IMG/VR virus record: IMGVR_UViG_3300021429_004282 | From: an uncultured virus (IMG/VR IMGVR_UViG_3300021429_004282) | Lineage: Duplodnaviria > Heunggongvirae > Uroviricota > Caudoviricetes | Length of the DNA stretch: 20,000 nt | Reading direction: 5' to 3' (one strand) | Shown: piece after piece, positions 17,601 through 20,000 of the stretch | Numbering within the stretch: the stretch's first letter is position 1 | Layout of the letters: each line of letters begins with the position of its first letter | The notes under the pieces: model-generated | What the model was told of the DNA's origin: nothing | The model's database searches: none | Seen by the model: the letters and a program-made list of their open reading frames with translations, nothing else | Position numbers and translations under genes: made by a program

Positions 17601-18137
17601 TTGAATACTTTGCTTTTTCCTATTTTGTTTTTACTACTTGGCGTTATTTTATTGTGGATTATCATAGGAATTAATGGTTGGTTTAATGCCAAAATGTGGC
17701 TAATAAATATTGTAACATTTTTTGTTATTTTGTTGTGGTTTGGTGTGCGATCATACATGGGTTGGCCAGCAGATGAGCATTTGCCAGAGCAAATAAAATT
17801 AGCTGGAATGATATCTGATGAGCCAAAGTCGTTGTACATAATAGGTCAAAAACATGACAATTATGATCTTTTTACACATTCATGGTATGATTTTGTATTT
17901 TATAAACCTGATGATTCTGCCAGAATGTACAAAATATCATATTCTAAAGAGGCGCATAAAAACCTTGAGCAGGCTATGGAAATAGTGCAAAAAGGTGGTT
18001 ATGTGGTTTTAAGTAGAAAAGACATGGATGGTAAAAAGATTAGTGATAAAGCGGGTGGAGAAAGCATAACAAGGAATTCAGATTTTATGGTTTATGAATT
18101 GCCACCATCTAAGTTGATTAAAAAACCTATACCATAG
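17601..18137 (+). CDS. Two-TM membrane protein, third gene of the MotA/B-like operon
   Basis: TTG start 2 nt after the previous stop. Two N-terminal TMs followed by YMGWP and a soluble domain. Confidence 0.7.
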   Translation: MNTLLFPILFLLLGVILLWIIIGINGWFNAKMWLINIVTFFVILLWFGVRSYMGWPADEHLPEQIKLAGMISDEPKSLYIIGQKHDNYDLFTHSWYDFVFYKPDDSARMYKISYSKEAHKNLEQAMEIVQKGGYVVLSRKDMDGKKISDKAGGESITRNSDFMVYELPPSKLIKKPIP

Positions 18138-18303
18138 TTTTTTCCGGTGGTGTCAAATAAGGTATTTTGATTTTTTTCATACCTTTGCAATTCAAATTAG
18201 ACAAGCTTCCTTGAATTTGAAAATTTGGATTATTGGTATCTTTACAGGAAATTATAGAACCAACGCCTGCCATTTCCTGTAGCCATTCATTGAAAGTTTT
18301 CAT
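18127..18303 (-). CDS. 58-aa protein with a CTS-like N-terminus (absent from the ORF track)
   Basis: Manual translation gives MKTFNEWLQEMAGVGSIISCKDTNNPNFQIQGSLSNLNCKGMKKIKIPYLTPPEKTMV*, preceded by TATATA-N4-ATG. Confidence 0.7.
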   Translation of the reverse strand: MKTFNEWLQEMAGVGSIISCKDTNNPNFQIQGSLSNLNCKGMKKIKIPYLTPPEKTMV

Positions 18304-18323
18304 GCCATATATATATATATTAT

Positions 18324-18620
18324 ATGGAAATTAAGTTTATAGCATGGTTAAAATCACTTGAAGAAGGCACCGCTTTGTTGGGCACCACGGGCACCCAGCC
18401 CGGAGAACCAACTCCTAGTGGTTCTGCCCCTAAAAACAAAGTGAGTAATCCAGACAACACCGGTAGCGCAGGCGGGCCGGGAAAAAGCACCCCTCCTAAT
18501 AGTGCTGGTTGTTCGGGTGGACCATGTCCTCCAAAAAACACTATTGCTCCTTTGGTTATGGGTGGTGGTGGCGGTGGTGGCGCATCGGCTATTCCTGCGC
18601 AGGGCATCCCAGTCAAGTGA
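18324..18620 (+). CDS. Gly/Pro-rich disordered protein with a CTS-like N-terminus (MEIKFIAWLKSLEE)
   Basis: Preceded by TATATA-N4-ATG and divergent from the 18303 gene. Confidence 0.7.
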   Translation: MEIKFIAWLKSLEEGTALLGTTGTQPGEPTPSGSAPKNKVSNPDNTGSAGGPGKSTPPNSAGCSGGPCPPKNTIAPLVMGGGGGGGASAIPAQGIPVK

Positions 18621-18948
18621 AAACTACTAATCCCCATAGTTTTAAATTAAAAATATAAAAACTTTTATTATTATCTTTTATTCTTGGAGAGCAAGCAAAC
18701 ATACTATTAAAACTATAACATATAGTTAGGTTTATATCAAACAAGTTTGTTATTAATTTTATTCCATGTTTTGTTGCATAATTTATATTTTCACATAAAT
18801 TTTTATAAAAAAACAATTCTTTTTCATCAAAAACTAGTTGTAAATCAAAAACGCTTTCTTTTTCTTCTGATAAAAAAAAGGAACAATTATTTTTTTCATA
18901 CCAAATATCGTTTGCTTCTGTAATTTCTATATTAGAGAAGTTGTGCAT
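18613..18948 (-). CDS. Hypothetical protein
   Basis: AT-rich ORF filling the gap between plus-strand genes. The start is uncertain. Confidence 0.45.
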   Translation of the reverse strand: MHNFSNIEITEANDIWYEKNNCSFFLSEEKESVFDLQLVFDEKELFFYKNLCENINYATKHGIKLITNLFDINLTICYSFNSMFACSPRIKDNNKSFYIFNLKLWGLVVFT

Positions 18949-18988
18949 TTTGTTTGTTCTTTTGATTGAAACCAATCGTAAATATGGT

Positions 18989-19573
18989 GTGAACTATGAT
19001 AAAAATTATAAGCAGCCAAATTTGAAAAAAATAAGCCAAGATGCAATAAAAGTTTGGCTCCCAGAAGTTCAACAAAAGACGCATTTCTCGTGCGGTGCTG
19101 CTGTTGTACATTCAATTTGTTCTTACTATGGTTTGGGTTTGAATTCCCATTATGATTATTTTTCGTTTTTGGAAACGGATGAAACTTATGGTACTCCACC
19201 AATAAAAATTGTGAATTATTTTAAATATGTAGGACTTAATTGTAGAATGATTTCTAACATGAGTATTGAGTCGTTGTGTCAGGAGTTGCAAAAGAAAAAG
19301 CCTGTGGTTTTAGTTTTACAGGCATATGGTAATAGTAAAAACTATAAAAAAAGTGGTTCGGGACATTATGTAGTTGCTATAGGATATGATAAAATAAATA
19401 TTATATTTGAAGATCCTTATATGAATTGTTCTAGAGGTTATATACCGAAAAACGAATTAATAAATAGATGGCATGACATTGATTACAAAGGTATTGAATA
19501 TCAACAAACAGGGATTGTTGCTTGGAAAAATCAAAAACCATTTTATTTAAATTGCGCTAAGAAAATACCTTAG
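18989..19573 (+). CDS. C39-family cysteine peptidase
   Basis: QQKTHFSCGAA (catalytic Cys), GT, KPVV, GHYVVAIGYD (His) and FEDP (Asp). Likely GTG start at 18989 behind TAAATA-N4. Confidence 0.88.
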   Translation: MNYDKNYKQPNLKKISQDAIKVWLPEVQQKTHFSCGAAVVHSICSYYGLGLNSHYDYFSFLETDETYGTPPIKIVNYFKYVGLNCRMISNMSIESLCQELQKKKPVVLVLQAYGNSKNYKKSGSGHYVVAIGYDKINIIFEDPYMNCSRGYIPKNELINRWHDIDYKGIEYQQTGIVAWKNQKPFYLNCAKKIP

Positions 19574-20000
19574 GACTTTAGGTAATTTGGAAAGCAAGGC
19601 CCTATTAATCTGATAAGTTTTTCCGTTTCTTTTTTTTCAAAATGCACCACCATGCTGCCTCCATGTTTTTTGAGTGAACATGGAATTTCAATAATTTGGA
19701 AATATTCTTGCAGAGTTTCTAGTGAGTCCTTACATAATCTACTTACACGAATGTGGCAATGGTTTGCAAATATTTGTCCTTTATCAATAAACCAAGCTGT
19801 AATTCCTATGTCTTGTAATTGATCAAGCCATTCTAAAGTTATTTTCTTCTTTTTGTTTTTATAGCAAAGTTCAAAATAATATCTCCAACATTCGTTTGTT
19901 ATAGAGTTCCATCTAAAACTATCTTTGTCAGATATAAATGATTTTTGTCTACTAAATCTTTTGAGTTCTTCAGCTTTACATCGTAACCAATTGCCTCCCT
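19570..20000 (-). CDS. LAGLIDADG_2-family homing endonuclease-like protein, 5'-truncated (absent from the ORF track)
   Basis: Manual translation gives WLRCKAEEL...CYKNKKKKITLEWLDQLQDIGITAWFIDKG...LIGPCFPNYLKS*, which matches the GLA.W.MDDG-type second motif. Confidence 0.7.
   Translation of the reverse strand, partial: GGNWLRCKAEELKRFSRQKSFISDKDSFRWNSITNECWRYYFELCYKNKKKKITLEWLDQLQDIGITAWFIDKGQIFANHCHIRVSRLCKDSLETLQEYFQIIEIPCSLKKHGGSMVVHFEKKETEKLIRLIGPCFPNYLKS

Noticed and set aside
16512..18137. Calling the operon a Zorya system or a flagellar stator
   Set aside because: It lacks the long ZorA tail, the OmpA-like peptidoglycan-binding domain, ZorC/D/E and any flagellar genes.
18320..18637. 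105-aa Pro-rich minus-strand ORF
   Set aside because: It is antisense to the 18324 gene, which has the promoter geometry and the CTS-like tag.
1..20000. Stop-codon reassignment (alternative genetic code)
   Set aside because: Long genes are intact in code 11, and TAA, TAG (gp23, C39) and TGA (11046, 15053) all end genes at sensible positions.

Overview
A segment of a large T4-like (myovirus/jumbo-type) phage genome. The left half is the head morphogenesis module: the C-terminal part of portal gp20, which is interrupted by a complete 412-aa LAGLIDADG intein, then a large putative prohead-core protein, prohead protease gp21, scaffold gp22 and major capsid protein gp23. It is followed by a TnsA/PD-(D/E)XK-like Zn-finger nuclease and an atypical tRNA-Gly(TCC). 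The AT-rich accessory right half encodes a stand-alone ABC-type membrane domain, a secreted Gly/Met-rich protein coupled to a sulfotransferase-like gene, a GP88-family (radical-SAM-like) protein, a metallophosphoesterase, a HEXXH peptidase, a Zn deaminase, a three-gene MotA/ExbB-MotB-like membrane operon, a C39 peptidase and a degenerate LAGLIDADG_2 endonuclease. The main unexplained pattern is that six unrelated ORFs begin with a T4 capsid-targeting-sequence-like peptide (MKxFxEWLxE). Four of these, plus the C39 gene, sit exactly 4 nt downstream of a TA(A/T)ATA box with no Shine-Dalgarno. This suggests a leaderless late regulon of capsid-packaged, injected cargo proteins. All family calls come from motif recognition by eye; no searches were run.
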